A stretch of 63,697 nt of DNA, the filler included, from Octopus bimaculoides (taxonomy: Eukaryota), in assembly GCF_001194135.2 (NCBI RefSeq). It is 9 parts of 8 records of this genome, joined end to end, with 100 filler letters (N's around TTAATTAATTAA, not from the genome) between each part and the next. Parts side by side here need not be neighbours in the genome. Positions count along the whole stretch, not along the records: positions 52,804 to 55,522 come from NW_026439980.1; positions 55,623 to 58,878 come from NC_068987.1; positions 58,979 to 63,697 come from NC_068988.1; 6 more parts are not named here. One strand, written 5' to 3'. The position numbers and the translations under genes were made by a program. Shown here piece by piece: positions 52,804 to 63,697 of the stretch. The notes under the pieces are model-generated. The model did not search any database. It saw only the letters and a program-made list of their open reading frames with translations, and was not told where the DNA came from. Every line of letters begins with the position of its first letter. Within the stretch, counting starts at the first letter, position 1.

Positions 52804-53281
52804 CTAGAAAGAGGTCATCAACGACCCAACCACAAAGAAAAATAATGTTCTCAGAACAATTTCGCAAAACGCCAGAACAGGACAAAATGAGAAATATACA
52901 AAATAAAGAATTATCTATGGCCTGCTGCAGTTTCGAACATTAACGTTTTACTTTCGTAACATCCGTGTTCTCATATCTGAACAGAACCGCTTTTGACACA
53001 GAGAAACGGGAGCCCTTTTGGTCATTCTATTTTCCTTGCTGAAAGGGTTCCTAACCCATGAGCAAAGAGGGGTTAGATGATGGCGGTGGTGTTTTCAAAG
53101 GGATGGCATGTGTAACCTGATCACCTCTGCCGATCAAACTCTCAACCTATGCACTCCAGTTGCAACACTGATTCTGCCCAAATTTGACGTCATGTTACTT
53201 AGTTTGGTTTGAAATAAAAAAAAACTTGATTAGCTTAATAATCCCAACTTAATCCCGGGCAAATCTGGGCTATACTGCTAG
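52804..53281 (+). mobile_element. Non-autonomous Helitron, 3' end
   Basis: cccgggcaaatctggg hairpin followed by tatactgCTAG|T. 5' part lies in a gap. Confidence 0.55.
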
Positions 53282-53284
53282 TCA

Positions 53285-53954
53285 GTATATATATTGCGAT
53301 GAATGAAAGGGACAGTGTGCTTCCGTGAAATTCTGTTTGGGAAGACGTCGACTAAATAGTTGTCATACTTCACACTACTTATAAGGAGACTTCTATGTGC
53401 AAAACACAATTTACGAATGGTTTTCACGCTTTGTGTCGCTCAAGAATAACCTCGTTCAAGGAGACCGTTGACCTCCCGAACGAAGGAAAACATCATGAAA
53501 TTTCATGAACTGATCTTGGAGGAGCGTCGCCGAACAATTTGATTATCTTGTTGATATGACTGGTGTGTCCTGGAATACCAGACAACGAATTATGGGCGAG
53601 GATTTGCAAATAAAAAGAGTTGCATCAAAATTTGTACCTCAAAAGCATTCTCGGCTGAATGTGTATCGTGAACAGGAAGAATAGTTGAAAATTGATTCGA
53701 ATGTTTTTTCGTCACCAAGATGAAAGCTGGTGCTACGGTGACGACCCGGAAACGAAACAGTAATCAAGTCAATGGAAGCACTCAATACCACAATGCACCC
53801 ACCCCACCCAAAAGTGCGTCGAGTAAAGTCTAATGTCAAGACAATGTTGATTTGTTTCAGTTATGCGAAAGGAATTGTCCACACAGAATTTTTTCCTTCT
53901 CGTTCAACTGTTAACTTGATATTTTACTTTGCAGTTCTGAAGCGTTTACGAGAT
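53285..53954 (+). mobile_element. Mariner transposase relic, same family as 10170-11347
   Basis: Shared DNA (gatatgactggtgtgtcctgg, agtcaatggaagca) and peptide KVRRVKSNVKTMLICFSYAKGIVHTEF. Confidence 0.85.
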
Positions 53955-54904
53955 NNNNNNNNNNNNNNNNNNNNNNNNNNNNNNNNNNNNNNNNNNNNNN
54001 NNNNNNNNNNNNNNNNNNNNNNNNNNNNNNNNNNNNNNNNNNNNNNNNNNNNNNNNNNNNNNNNNNNNNNNNNNNNNNNNNNNNNNNNNNNNNNNNNNNN
54101 NNNNNNNNNNNNNNNNNNNNNNNNNNNNNNNNNNNNNNNNNNNNNNNNNNNNNNNNNNNNNNNNNNNNNNNNNNNNNNNNNNNNNNNNNNNNNNNNNNNN
54201 NNNNNNNNNNNNNNNNNNNNNNNNNNNNNNNNNNNNNNNNNNNNNNNNNNNNNNNNNNNNNNNNNNNNNNNNNNNNNNNNNNNNNNNNNNNNNNNNNNNN
54301 NNNNNNNNNNNNNNNNNNNNNNNNNNNNNNNNNNNNNNNNNNNNNNNNNNNNNNNNNNNNNNNNNNNNNNNNNNNNNNNNNNNNNNNNNNNNNNNNNNNN
54401 NNNNNNNNNNNNNNNNNNNNNNNNNNNNNNNNNNNNNNNNNNNNNNNNNNNNNNNNNNNNNNNNNNNNNNNNNNNNNNNNNNNNNNNNNNNNNNNNNNNN
54501 NNNNNNNNNNNNNNNNNNNNNNNNNNNNNNNNNNNNNNNNNNNNNNNNNNNNNNNNNNNNNNNNNNNNNNNNNNNNNNNNNNNNNNNNNNNNNNNNNNNN
54601 NNNNNNNNNNNNNNNNNNNNNNNNNNNNNNNNNNNNNNNNNNNNNNNNNNNNNNNNNNNNNNNNNNNNNNNNNNNNNNNNNNNNNNNNNNNNNNNNNNNN
54701 NNNNNNNNNNNNNNNNNNNNNNNNNNNNNNNNNNNNNNNNNNNNNNNNNNNNNNNNNNNNNNNNNNNNNNNNNNNNNNNNNNNNNNNNNNNNNNNNNNNN
54801 NNNNNNNNNNNNNNNNNNNNNNNNNNNNNNNNNNNNNNNNNNNNNNNNNNNNNNNNNNCATATATACGTACATGTATGTACATACGTACATCTACATGTA
54901 TATA

Positions 54905-55500
54905 TAGATGCATATCTGGGTACAGGACGTTGCAAGAAAAACGTGGACAAAATGATAAACAGAGTACAGAAAACACACAGGCCACATAGGGAACATTTCC
55001 TTCATCAGCTGCCACATTCTAAAACTAAGCGTTTCGAAGAGTTAGGGCAGGACACATCGTTAGAATGGCTCTTCCCACGGACCACAAATTAAATTCGTAC
55101 CATGGAGGAATGTAGTGGCGGATAGAAAACAAGACAGGAAAACGAAACAGTGAAAACAAACAAAAAAGGCTATACGGCCAGACGTGAAAAAATATGTACA
55201 TACTGAACGCTGTGAAGCAACGAACTGGAAGGAAGCGAGACGAAGAATGTTCGTGTGCGTGCTTGGCGATAGCCAAGATAAGAAAGGAAGTAGGGCTGGA
55301 CACACGTGACCAGCGAGGGGTAAGGAGAAAGAGTGGTAGAGTGAGGAAAAGGGGAGAAAGTAGAATATAGATGAGCAACGAGAGACAGGGAGGAAGAGAG
55401 AGATATATTAGTAACAGAAGGAAGAACGAGAGGTGGAGATAGATAGAGTTGCGTCAGAAATAAAAAGTTCAAGACTTACTTGCAGGGATGACGCGTGCGT
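54905..55500 (-). mobile_element. Penelope-type terminal repeat with degenerate hammerhead motif
   Basis: 8-bp stem CATTCTAA/TTAGAATG (55015-55067) encloses cgatg...cGAAAC...GTT on the minus strand. Confidence 0.45.
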
Positions 55501-55622
55501 TCGATCATGTAATATTTATAAANNNNNNNNNNNNNNNNNNNNNNNNNNNNNNNNNNNNNNNNNNNNTTAATTAATTAANNNNNNNNNNNNNNNNNNNNNN
55601 NNNNNNNNNNNNNNNNNNNNNN

Positions 55623-55671
<49 letters not shown>

Positions 55672-55694
55672 TAAAATAATAATAATGATAATAC

Positions 55695-55733
<39 letters not shown>

Positions 55734-56155
55734 TAATAATAATAATAATGAAAATGAAGAGAAACGACAGCTGTTTATTTCGGAAATTGGTATGTTTTAC
55801 TGCTTTTGCTGTAGTGTGTGGTTAGAACACCAGTCCGTTGTGTAACGAAAGACAGGAAGAAAAGGTCTGAAAATAACACGGGAGTGGAGGTAACTGCACT
55901 TACCCGGATGTTCAGTGCAATGTTAAGAGATACATAGCAATAGACTGGAAAAGTTCAGTACAAGAAGCTGGGTCTTTTATTGTTGATTCTTGTTTATTCC
56001 CAGTTGTTTTTCTCAGTACTTTTCCTCTCTTTTTTTGTTTGTTTTTTTTTTTGTTCATATCTTTTAATCTTTTCTTTTTAATATTTTTTAATATGTGAAA
56101 TTACGTAGCGTTTGTCATTCTGGACATGGTATATGTATATGTATGCATGTATATG

Positions 56156-56199
<44 letters not shown>

Positions 56200-57109
56200 N
56201 NNNNNNNNNNNNNNNNNNNNNNNNNNNNNNNNNNNNNNNNNNNNNNNNNNNNNNNNNNNNNNNNNNNNNNNNNNNNNNNNNNNNNNNNNNNNNNNNNNNN
56301 NNNNNNNNNNNNNNNNNNNNNNNNNNNNNNNNNNNNNNNNNNNNNNNNNNNNNNNNNNNNNNNNNNNNNNNNNNNNNNNNNNNNNNNNNNNNNNNNNNNN
56401 NNNNNNNNNNNNNNNNNNNNNNNNNNNNNNNNNNNNNNNNNNNNNNNNNNNNNNNNNNNNNNNNNNNNNNNNNNNNNNNNNNNNNNNNNNNNNNNNNNNN
56501 NNNNNNNNNNNNNNNNNNNNNNNNNNNNNNNNNNNNNNNNNNNNNNNNNNNNNNNNNNNNNNNNNNNNNNNNNNNNNNNNNNNNNNNNNNNNNNNNNNNN
56601 NNNNNNNNNNNNNNNNNNNNNNNNNNNNNNNNNNNNNNNNNNNNNNNNNNNNNNNNNNNNNNNNNNNNNNNNNNNNNNNNNNNNNNNNNNNNNNNNNNNN
56701 NNNNNNNNNNNNNNNNNNNNNNNNNNNNNNNNNNNNNNNNNNNNNNNNNNNNNNNNNNNNNNNNNNNNNNNNNNNNNNNNNNNNNNNNNNNNNNNNNNNN
56801 NNNNNNNNNNNNNNNNNNNNNNNNNNNNNNNNNNNNNNNNNNNNNNNNNNNNNNNNNNNNNNNNNNNNNNNNNNNNNNNNNNNNNNNNNNNNNNNNNNNN
56901 NNNNNNNNNNNNNNNNNNNNNNNNNNNNNNNNNNNNNNNNNNNNNNNNNNNNNNNNNNNNNNNNNNNNNNNNNNNNNNNNATGCAGCATAAAGAATGTTT
57001 CCCTTCTTCAGTTGTCCCTGTTCCTTCTACTCCGCGTTTCGAAGGCAAGTACAATACGCGACTTCATTGGAACAGTTCTTCCCGCAAAAAGCAAATTAAT
57101 TAAATTTGT

Positions 57110-57880
57110 TCAGTTCCATTTGTATGATATCTTGAACAAGTGTCTTATACTATAGCCTCGGGGCGCCCGAAGCATTGTCAATGGATTTGGCAGACGGAAA
57201 ATGAATGAATCTCGTCGTATATATATGTGTGTGTGTGTATGTGTGTGCATGTGTGTGTGTGTGTATGTGTGTGCATGTATGTGTGTGTGTATGTGTGTGC
57301 ATGTGTGTGTGTATGTATTTGTGAATGTGTATGTGCGTGCATGTGTGTGTGTATATGTGTGTGTAAGTATGTGTGTGTGCATGCGTGCATGTGTGTGTGT
57401 GTGTGTGTGTATGTGTGTGCGTATGTGTATGTGTGTGTGTGCATATGTGTATGTGTGTGTGCGTGCACGTGTGTATTTATGTGCGTGTATTGTGTGCCTG
57501 TGTATGTGTGCGCGTGTGTGCATGTGCGCGTGTGTGCATGTACACGTGTATGTGTGTGTGATTGTGGGGGTGCGTGCATGTGTTTATGTATGTGCGTGCG
57601 TGCATGTGTGTGTGTGTGTGTGTGCGGGCATGTGTGTGTATGCGTGCATGTGTATGTATGTGTGTGTGTGTGTGCGGTGTGTATCTTCATGTCTACATTT
57701 GTCTCCACCTCTACTTGACAACCGGTGCTGGTGTGTTTACGTTCCTGTAAACTAGCGCTTCGGCAGAAAAGATTAATAGAATAATCTCCAACCTTTAAAA
57801 ACATAAGTACTAAGTCGATTCTTACGACTCAAAATTCTGCAAGGAGGTGCCCCAGCATGGCCTCAGTGGAATGACTGCAA
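57110..57880 (-). mobile_element. SINE family 2 with ~470-bp expanded internal TG/CA compound repeat
   Basis: Head-side sequence at 57110-57215 (cttgaacaagtgtcttatactatagcctcgg) and 3' half at 57700-57880 flank the repeat. Both halves read like the plus-strand copy at 26138, so the strand call is uncertain and may be +. Confidence 0.6.
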
Positions 57881-58760
57881 GAATTAATATATATACAGTA
57901 AGGGGTAGGTGTGACATGAATAGACAGGATCGAACATACGACGCTTAAAAGAAGTTGCTGCTTAACTTTTAATGTCTGTGTTCTCAACGAAGGTATCGAT
58001 TTCATGACGTCCATATTTAATTTTTCGGGGGAAATGTTTAATAACAATAAATCTCAATTACGTTCTGAGTTCAAAATGAGAACGTCGACTTTGCCTTTCA
58101 TCCTTTCGGGGTCGATAAATTAAGTAGCAGTCTAATTGACTGCCCCTCCTCCTCCACAAAAATTTCAGGTCTTGTGCCTAGAGTAGAAAAGAATAATAAA
58201 TCTCAATGGATAAACAAAGGGAAAAGTCCACCGAAAATGCTGAGGTGCAGAAAGTTGTTACTATCATGAAAGCGAATATTTGAAAGCAATTAACAAAAAA
58301 AAAATAAATAAATAAGGAAGTGGGGAAGAGGAAATCTGCACAACCAGACTTCGTCTATTGTTACAAGCTGAAAGAGATTACGAGTCGGCATAAAACCCTA
58401 GTGGTACACGTAAATGAGTAATTATGATAGGAGGAAATACCAGTGAGGTTGAGAAAATGGAGAACCTATCTAATAGTGAAAGATAAATTGAAAGGAAATG
58501 TTGCCTCAAATTCCCAACAAATTACGTGCCTGACAATGATGTGGAGACCCCTATGAGATAAGGGTTACTTGCAGAAGATGTGTAACATCTGAATACGAAA
58601 TATCAACTTCCTGAAAAATAGAAAGGCTATTGGAAGGGCTGGTGGTGGGAGCGAGGGAACAACTGGATAATGGCTGATGATTGACTAGATGACAATTGCA
58701 GCGTGGAAGGTGTTTATAAGCCATTTAAAATAAAATAACACACAAAAACCGTTAGATTCA

Positions 58761-58878
58761 CTTCAACATTTAAATTTAATTTGTCAAAATATTTTCGTCG
58801 CTTTGAGACCGCGACCTGTTCACTGACAAAATTCTAAGCGACGAAAATATTTTGACAAATTAAATTTAGATGCTGAAG
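58761..58878. repeat. 43-bp inverted repeat with 32-nt loop
   Basis: Arms 58761-58803 and 58836-58878, 2 mismatches. Confidence 0.9.
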
Positions 58879-58999
58879 NNNNNNNNNNNNNNNNNNNNNN
58901 NNNNNNNNNNNNNNNNNNNNNNTTAATTAATTAANNNNNNNNNNNNNNNNNNNNNNNNNNNNNNNNNNNNNNNNNNNNTAAATTAATAAAACTGGCTTC

Positions 59000-59490
59000 T
59001 TTGCAGCTGATTTTTCTCCAGAATCAACGGGGCATAAAATTCTTTGAATAGAACTTCACATGAAAGCATGCAAAGTTCAAATGTGTCTAATGCTGCCGGC
59101 AGAGTATTATCATGCTTTACTAACTTCTGTCATCAATTCAACGAAGAAGTAGCCAGAGATGCTTCAGTTCTTCACTTTTAACCATTTAATGTTTTCCGAG
59201 GATGCAACATTTCACATTATCGGTAAACTCTACAGCCATAAATTCCAGCAAATGGGGCACTCAACATTCATGTAAAACTAAACAAAATGAAGATATTAAT
59301 GTGGTTAAAATCTGGCATGCTTTCGGAGAAGATTGCATCATTAGATCATATTCTTTTGAAGGATGTCATGTTAAAGATGAGAGATATATAGATATGATCC
59401 GAAATTACATTACTCCTGAGTTTACCGAATTATAACTAATAGAGGATATATCCTTCCAAAAAATGTTTCTCACCATCTGCGTTTTCTAAC
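59000..59490 (+). mobile_element. Tc1/IS630-like transposase relic
   Basis: VVKIWHAFGEDCIIRSYSFEGCHVKDERYIDMIRNYITPEF..SFQ resembles the VW..GP.FF..V...Y..ML....P...FQ segment of DD34E transposases. Confidence 0.6.
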
Positions 59491-59614
59491 CACATTTAGC
59501 AGTATCCAACAAAAAGCGTTAGTAATAAATAACAAGGCACGAAAACAAATATGTAAGCAAACACTATTATCATATTTGAGCAATACGATTTTCCTTTCTG
59601 CAGTATATTTAATT

Positions 59615-59915
59615 GCTGGCGTTGCTCTGTGGTAGTAAGCTTACGTTCGAACAACATGATTTCGGGTTCAGTCCCACTGCGTGACACATTTGGCGTCACA
59701 TTACTAGAGCCTTGTTAGTGGATCTGATACGCGGAAACTGATGGAAGCCCGGTGTTGTTGTGTATATGTCCCCGTAACTAAGCGGTTTGTCGTAAAAAAA
59801 AAAACCGTCAGAATAATTATCAGGCTTACAAAGAAACTACTGATGTCGATTTGTTCATTCGACTAAAAATCCATAGCGGTGCTCCAGCATGACCGCAGTC
59901 TAAAGACTTAAAAAA
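59615..59915 (+). mobile_element. SINE family 2
   Basis: tggcgttgctctgtggtagtaag...cgggttcagtcccactgcgtgac...gcggtgctccagcatgaccgcagtc. Confidence 0.8.
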
Positions 59916-60298
59916 TATGTGACGAAAGATTAGAGATGAAAGATAAATGATATTTAGCACCGATTCTTTTATCCACTAAATTTTGTGTAATAAAGAAAAC
60001 AGGGACCGGTTTAATAATATCCTTCACGTATACATGAATATCCGATATAAAACTCTTTCTAGAAATTGTAAAACTTATCACGGTTTCTCAAGAAAATAAT
60101 GGTGCACGTATTCAACATTAATCATCAGCATAATAAATCGGCATTTCGATTATGTTTTTCAATTATTATTAATTCCACTACAAAATAGGAGTAAACTTGT
60201 ATAGATTTAAAATTGTCTCGGAACGTTATAATCACTCTATATACACATACGTAGAGATAAACACACATATATATCAATATATACATGTATACACACAG

Positions 60299-60395
<97 letters not shown>

Positions 60396-60455
60396 TGCAC
60401 ATGCACATATACACACACATGCACACACACACACATGCACATACACACACACATG

Positions 60456-60495
<40 letters not shown>

Positions 60496-61004
60496 TATAG
60501 ATATAGATATACAAGAGTTAAGGAATGTGTAGATAAGATCCAGGCTACATATATTTCATAGCAAGAGGAATCTCTGAAGTGGTACATATGCAGGCAACCC
60601 GTATATTGCAGGTCACTCTTCAGTCCAAGAATATCTTGATTAAATGGAGGTTTACATTGTTGCAAGAAGGTATATATTAAGGTACACATTCTGATTGAAT
60701 CTTCCATGCGTCAACATATACATCCTTCCGACAATGCAAACTTTCACCTAATTACGATATCCTTGGTTTGGAGTGCCTCCGGTATGTATCTCGCTTGGAT
60801 TTTACCACTTCCGAGGTTCCGTTCGCTATGAAACATATCTAGCCAGGATTTTATATATAGGAGGAATTCACAAAAAAAACAACAGACAAAGACAGGTGGG
60901 GTAGAAAACAAATAGATGTATTATTATATCGCTCGGGAATTGAAAAACTCTTTAATGTTTCGAACTTACGCCCTTCCACAGAAAGGAACACATATATATG
61001 TATG

Positions 61005-61046
<42 letters not shown>

Positions 61047-61167
61047 NNNNNNNNNNNNNNNNNNNNNNNNNNNNNNNNNNNNNNNNNNNNNNNNNNNNNN
61101 NNNNNNNNNNNNNNNNNNNNNNNNNNNNNNNNNNNNNNNNNNNNNNNNNNNNNNNNNNNNNNNNNNN

Positions 61168-61211
<44 letters not shown>

Positions 61212-62378
61212 CATATATATGTATATATAAATACACACGGACACATTAACTGCTGTACAAGAGGAAACATTTAGTTTCGATGATAACCATTTTTCGATGC
61301 ATCACGTGAAGAAATATATAGGTTATGAAATGGCAATAAAAATTCCTAGATAACGTGTATCTCACATATTTAAACTTAATATGACAGGAGGAAGAAAAAG
61401 TATTGAATGAAAACGTGTTTTTTTCCTGCTTATAAGATTATTGTTACTATTATTATTATCATTATTGTTGTTGTTCCTCTTCTTCTCCTTGTTTTCTATT
61501 GATGCAAGAAGAAACCGGTTTCTCTTTACATGTTTTACTTGACTATTGATTTTGTATTAAGCTAAATATATTTTCGAAGGTCTTGTAAAGTTACTGAACG
61601 TTAAGCTAACATCCATACATGTCAGCATTTGTCTTTCTGATTCTTTAAAGAATACGTTTATAGCGTCAGTTTTCTTTCATTCCATTTTAATTTGTATAAT
61701 GTTCGGTTAAGTAGGAATTCCCCAATTCAAAAGTAACTGTTTCTCCGCTTATATATGAATATGACTTTCTTTTCTGTTATCGCAGCAAATATGTTTCTGG
61801 TGTGAAGTTACGAGGATCTGGTGCAACTGGATAACAAACAAAATAATCAACACACAAGTTTTTAGAAAAATACATGAATGAACATACAGAATAAAATAAT
61901 TTCGAATAAGAACGAAAGTGGATAGCGCTGACACTCATGAAATAATTAACATATTTTGCAATTTTGAAAACCATTATAGTGATAGCCATACATATAAACG
62001 CATTATCAATTTCATAAGGCTAATTATTATATTTGATTATTATATTTAATATGCAACTGATTACGGAATCCAGGATAACTTTCGAAAGCTGTTTAGTTCG
62101 GAATATTATAATGAAAAAAACGGCACCTGTTTCACAAATGTTTTTAAGTGTAGAAAACACATGGTTAAATGCATCATTTATACATATTATCTGACTTCAT
62201 ATTGGAGACAAATTCAGAGCAAGGCAGACTAAGTCACCTTATAGACTCCCTATGGAGTGTATCAATGAAGATATCTCGTGCGTGTTCTCATGAAAATGGA
62301 ATGGAAAATGTTCTTTGAATTCAGCAAACATTTAATATTTACGTCGTTTTCGTATGCGTTAATAGATAGATACATTGG

Positions 62379-62412
<34 letters not shown>

Positions 62413-62655
62413 CACACACACACATACCACACACGTGTACGTTAGTTTGTGTGTACGTATGTGTGCGCGTGCCTGTGTACATCCAAAGAATTTTAGTTTA
62501 CATTGATTGTAATAACTAACACAGCAATGGTTATTGCTTTTCTATATCATAGTATATGTTACGAACTTTCTACAAACACTGTAAATACAGCAAATTTCCA
62601 AACTCAAGTACAACCAAACAAAAACTGTCGGAATATTGTTTTGGAATATTTTCAG

Positions 62656-62833
62656 AAGAGTATTAATTTCTCAGACGGAAGATTTCTGAGACGTTTGGAA
62701 AAACCTGCAGGGTTCGATAATATTGAAATTCCAGAACAGGTGAAGTTTAAACCCAGGCTGGAAGGAACCATACCTGATGGTGCTAAACAATTTCACTTTA
62801 CCGTAAACTGGTCTGGCACACTGCTACTTCTAA
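62656..62833 (+). CDS. Candidate internal coding exon of an unidentified host gene (178 nt, phase 0 to 1)
   Basis: Acceptor tattttcAG, donor AA|GTGAGT. Only one frame open: KSINFSDGRFLRRLEKPAGFDNIEIPEQVKFKPRLEGTIPDGAKQFHFTVNWSGTLLLL. Confidence 0.45.
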
Positions 62834-63404
62834 GTGAGTAATCGTACGTAGCAAAAAGTTTCTCAACACCAAGTGAATCATATTCCCGCAGCCTACGTCA
62901 ATATGTCAGTGTTATGAAGAAATATATTTCATACTAAAGTAATATTCTAAGCCTATAAGAAATAAAACTTCTTTTAACTTCGAAGATGGTATATCGAACA
63001 TAACTACAAGTTATGTAATCATAACAATTCCATTGTTCCATATTAATGAAATGGCAAACTTAAAAACATTGAAAATATCCAGGGATAACAGAACAACTAA
63101 CAAAATATGCACGTGTATGTTGTTGTTTCATGTATATATATATATCCTTATGTTCAAATATACGCATATATACAGAGAAAGAAACGTGTAGGGATTAACA
63201 GCGTGTGAATATAAGGATTTACTTTTCGTAATGGGATAAAATAAACCAAGGCATAAGATGGTGATAGAATTAGCGCTACGCCTACAAATATGTCCTGGTG
63301 TCGATTTGTTTGACATAATGCGGTGCTCCAGTTAAAGAATAAAGGGATAAAAATATATGTATATACATATATACAAACATATTGTATATATTTATATATA
63401 TTTG

Positions 63405-63625
63405 TATATATTGCAAATCGAATGGGGGTCTTAAAAGACATGTTAGGATCCACAATGAGCAGAACTTACTTGCAGGTATTGGTAGTGCAAATCAGAGGTG
63501 CAATCTGTGTGGGTGTTTTTTCAAAGCACTGTCTGGTTTAACAAGCCACATCAGACGCCATGAAAGGGCTAAGGTGTAGGTGCAGGAGGTGGTCAAACTC
63601 TGTTTAAGGAGTAGACAACCACCAT
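63405..63625 (+). mobile_element. RTE-clade LINE extreme 3' end with C-terminal zinc-finger-like motifs
   Basis: CIYCKSNGGLKRHVRIH...CNLCGCFFKALSGLTSHIRRH* then a short UTR ending at a microsatellite. Matches the CxxC..GLxSHxRxH RTE terminus. Confidence 0.6.
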
Positions 63626-63631
63626 ATATAT

Positions 63632-63697
<66 letters not shown>

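Noticed and set aside
12529-61274. Long ORF-track entries rich in X, or in YI/CV/HT/poly-residue repeats
   Set aside because: They span N gaps or translate microsatellites, so there is no coding evidence.
63382-63579. Apparent C2H2 zinc-finger host gene
   Set aside because: Starts inside a microsatellite, has no TGEKP-type linker, and its motif and short UTR fit an RTE LINE terminus better.

Overview
AT-rich, gap-riddled animal genomic scaffold. The repeat content resembles an octopus draft assembly (two tRNA-derived SINE families, very dense microsatellites, TTAATTAATTAA spacers inside N gaps); the species is inferred, not shown. The window is mostly decayed transposons and simple repeats: several R4/Dong-clade (restriction-like endonuclease) LINE copies associated with (TAA)n tracts, Penelope-like retroelements with minimal hammerhead ribozyme motifs, a piggyBac transposase pseudogene, mariner/Tc1 relics, a mariner-type MITE, non-autonomous Helitrons and RTE LINE 3' ends. 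No complete host gene is supportable. The non-repeat highlights are a ~3.6 kb decayed coding-like block (37.1-40.75 kb) that may be an endogenous viral element, an intact unassigned 243-aa ORF (41834-42565) and one well-formed candidate exon (62656-62833). All family assignments come from by-eye motif recognition, with no database search. Most boundaries are approximate.
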